DNA of 64,000 nt from positions 22,618,379-22,682,378 of the forward strand of contig NC_068985.1 in the NCBI RefSeq assembly GCF_001194135.2, given 5' to 3'. The stretch comes from Octopus bimaculoides. Lineage: Eukaryota. The number at the start of each line of letters is the position of its first letter. Position 1 is the stretch's first letter. Below are positions 61,001 to 64,000 of the stretch, piece after piece. The notes beneath the pieces are model-generated. The model did no database searches. It was not told where the DNA came from and saw nothing but the letters and a program-made list of their open reading frames with translations. The translations under genes were made by a program, and so were the position numbers.

Positions 61001-63238
61001 TCTCTTCACTGACCCTTCAATGTCATTCTAAAAATAATCAGTCATATCATTGAGCTCTCAAAGCTATGAGATTATTAAAAACAATGAATAAATACCATAA
61101 ATCCTCGAGTATAATCCGCACTTTTTTCCCAAAATTTAAAGGTCAAAATTTCTAGTGCGTACTATATACGAGGTTAAAAATGTAAAATATTTTCTAAGTG
61201 ATAAATATGTAAAGGCAGTTTATTTAATATTTATTTTTCACGGACGTTATTACTGTTATTTCTTTATCTTCTGCAAAGTGCACAGAAAAGCTACATGTCT
61301 GCATTATGTTATATATACAATAATAATAAAGGACGTTACCGTATATACGTTTACAAACCAAGGACGTTATATAGACCTCCTTGACTCAAGTTAGAGAAGG
61401 GGTGCGTATTATACACAAGGTTTAGGTTTTTCAGAGGTGCAGCCCCCTAAAAATCCCCTGCGTATTATACTCGAGGATTTATGGTATTCATTACATTTGA
61501 CAGTAATCTGAATGCAAAAGGATTAAACAGGATATTTAAAAAAAATTTTTTTTTCTTTTTAAGAATTCAAATGGATGAAGACTTGAGTGAGTATATTTAC
61601 TAATACTTTATTTCTTAAAAACGTTTGAATGATGTTTAGCAGTTATAACAGTTTTAAATGTCATCAGAGACAATTACTTACAGAGTAATAAGACAGCTTT
61701 TTTTAGAATAAAATATTTAATTTTTCTTGTAAAATTAGAATGTTGAAAATTGACAATTATTAGTAAGCTAGAATATTTTGCATCTTAAAACTTCTGGACG
61801 AAGTGGTTGTTAGTGGCATGCTGTCTTTATTGCTGTGTTTTGTAGGAGGTTGTAAGGGTCATGAAATAATGTTGCCCATCTATCTTCTATGTTCACTATT
61901 CTGAGGGTAGAATCCTCAGGCACCTCATCTGTAGGGTCCTGTCAGAAACAACTGTCATTAAACTTTTTCTCGCTGAATTCCTAAGCACGAGCATCTGATA
62001 CTATGGACATTATTCAGCCATCTTGATCATGGTCTACCATAGGAATAATGTTGTTACTGATAAAATTCATAATCAGAGGATTTAAAATTTTAACCATTAA
62101 CCTCAAGTTATGCTTAGCACCAATAACAGTTCTTGAGTACTGTATCTTTGAGATAATTTTTGGTTTATACTTTGCTATTAATAAAACTTCTGTTGCTGAT
62201 CTACAAAAGTAAAACAAAACAGCTTATGGAATTTTAAAAACTTTCAGTATTTAAATTAGCCACATTTTGCTCAAATATTCTACCTGTTTTATGTTCAAAC
62301 TGGACAAATCCAACCTCTCACACCTAGCCATTTTAAAAGGAATCAATCACATCATCAAAATCTCAATGCTACAAGATAATACATGATTAATTCAAAACAA
62401 TGTGAACAAATAAATATTTCATTTGACAAAATAATCTAAATGCTAAAAGGTTAAAGGAAATTGTTGTTTATATTGCTAGATACTGTTAAATGTTTTATCT
62501 CTTTCTTATTTCTAGCTGACAGTCAGTCTTCCTTGAAATCTCTGCATGACACAGCATTTTGTATAGATAATACTAATGTAATTGAAGACATCCTTGAGTA
62601 TGCAAAATATTTTTCATTTTAGTTGTATTTTGATATTGTACAAAACCTTATTTGCATCATCTCAAAATCCTTATTTGACTGTTACATCATTATTGAAATG
62701 TTAAAGAGTTTACTTAGTGTTTGATAAATAATTTTCCCTCTTCTAAATGTAATATTTCTTATATGCTTAGAAATATTTTAGTTAAGATGGTGCATTTGGC
62801 TGAAATAGTAGTTCATTGCCATTCTGTTCAGAGCTAAAATTGGCTTTACCGTTCATCTCTTTAAGGCTGTTAAGACAAGTTCTATTAATATATTAATAAT
62901 TAATTAAACCCACTGTACCTCTTCTTATAGAAAATTGGCCTTGTAGCTTGTCAAAATAAATTTGTTTGATTAAGATATATATTATTTAAATATGCTTACA
63001 CAAATATGAATAACTTTTATCAAAGTACATCATCTTTATATTGTCTGATATTATCACACCCATTCTAGGTTGGTAAGTGTCATACTTATATTCTTTTGTT
63101 ATTTGAAGAGAGCAACAAATGATAGAACATCCTTCTACATCCAACCCTCAACCAAGCTCCAGTGACTCAAAATTAATCAATGCAGTCCAAGGTTATTTTG
63201 ATGTGCAGGAAGAGAATGATGATGAACCTCAGCATAAT
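58025..63238 (+). CDS. 5' part of an unidentified multi-exon gene (acidic, probably disordered N-terminus with PIP-box-like motif); likely continues beyond the window
   Basis: join: 58025-58112, 59566-59677, 61564-61586, 62516-62597, 63109-63238. GT-AG introns with matching phases give MMSHGTSPKKLKQCTLDDLFNKRSTPGHKATMQDSFKRDD...EENDDEPQHN. Possible non-coding first exon ending at 56083 (G|gtaagt). Further exons near 63524 and 63820 are uncertain. Confidence 0.65.
58480..59000 (+). mobile_element. Decayed CR1/L2-like LINE fragment
   Basis: Degenerate ...PDNVP...LELAKFFKL...TSVHAVPK; a related 3' fragment lies at about 23480-24020 on the minus strand. Confidence 0.4.
59998..60700 (-). mobile_element. 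Mariner (DD34D) transposon, 3' half, pseudogenised
   Basis: RIVTGDEKW, LCVWWDWEGIIHY, LLHDNASPH, YSPDLAPMDFHLF across frameshifts. TA plus TIR ttaggttggcaactaagttcc at the left; the 5' part ends at a SINE. Confidence 0.9.
61095..61484. mobile_element. Tc1/mariner-pogo superfamily MITE, TA target duplication
   Basis: Perfect 21-bp TIR CCATAAATCCTCGAGTATAAT, TA on both sides, internal subterminal gcgta(c/t)tata repeats. Confidence 0.85.
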
Positions 63239-64000
63239 GTAAGAGATAGTCTGCTTAATTTCTAACTTTCTTTAGCATAACAGAGCAAATATATTTAGTG
63301 CAATGAAATTCACTAATGAACACATTAAACAAGAAAACTTCATAAAGTTGTACAATTGCTTTATGTTTCTAATGATTCATTCTGAAAACATTTCTATGTT
63401 AGTTTCACCGTCAGTTTTAATTAGATAATCTTTATCAAGCATTACCTTTGGCAATGAAGAAATACTTTGGTATGGTTTTCTTAAAATTTCGTTGGTTTAT
63501 CACCATGGTCTTTACCTGTTCAGATTTATCAAATTCAAAGCCATCAACATAGGGAAAATGGTACATCACATTACCAAAAATGTAAAGTGATTAGGAAACT
63601 GGTTTATGACTGTAGACATTATGAATTCACTAGAAGATCTGATTGGAACAAGTACCAGATCATCTGGTGTTTTATCATGAGTCAGATTAATCTACCATTT
63701 TCTTTACACCATAGAACTGAAGCTAAGTATTAGCTTTTAAGAAGCACAGAAGGCCAAAGAGAGAGAAGTGACTTGGATCAACAAAAAAATAAATAATAAA
63801 ACCTATTTTATTTCTTAAGGTGCTATTCTGATAAACACTGACCGACATACGAATGTAAAGCCAATGTACTTATATAAATAATATGATCAAGCTGTGGAAG
63901 TTTTATACTGGAAGCTTTGTCAGAAATGGGTGTTTGAAGGAAGAAGTACATGGGACAGTCACTGGATAGAAAGAGTACTTGAGTCAGAAATATGCAAAAT

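Noticed and set aside
63069-63072. ag|GTTG|gtaagt micro-exon in the unidentified gene
   Set aside because: The following intron would be only 36 nt and inclusion would break the frame.
1-64000. CRISPR arrays, rRNA or true tRNA genes, prokaryotic or viral islands
   Set aside because: None seen; the repeats are microsatellites, SINEs, MITEs or snoRNA paralogs.

Overview
AT-rich, microsatellite- and SINE-dense metazoan genomic DNA. The repeat families resemble octopus/coleoid cephalopod repeats (recognition from memory, not a database hit). Four protein-coding genes were reconstructed by hand from splice sites. (1) Cyclin B3 (minus, 10 coding exons, 29795-15675, 420 aa, D-box RAVFGDITN). (2) An intronless AKAP7-like 2H-phosphoesterase (plus, 35389/35482-37248) with both HxT motifs intact and a C-terminal polybasic + CaaX tail (KKLKKTPNCNIM*). 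(3) RPS24 (minus, 55863-44933, 131 aa, TCT/5'TOP start). (4) The 5' part of an unidentified gene divergent from RPS24, with an N-terminal PIP-box-like motif (plus, from 58025, running off the window). The 7.7-kb second intron of RPS24 holds a cluster of six paralogous box H/ACA snoRNA-like units in two families; one is probably an assembly duplicate across an N-gap. The rest is decayed mobile DNA: pogo/Tigger, mariner, piggyBac, Penelope-like, Gypsy and RTE fragments, several MITEs and tRNA-derived SINEs. Most short ORFs in the supplied track are spurious. The best novelty candidates are the putatively farnesylated AKAP7-like phosphodiesterase and the locally expanded snoRNA array.
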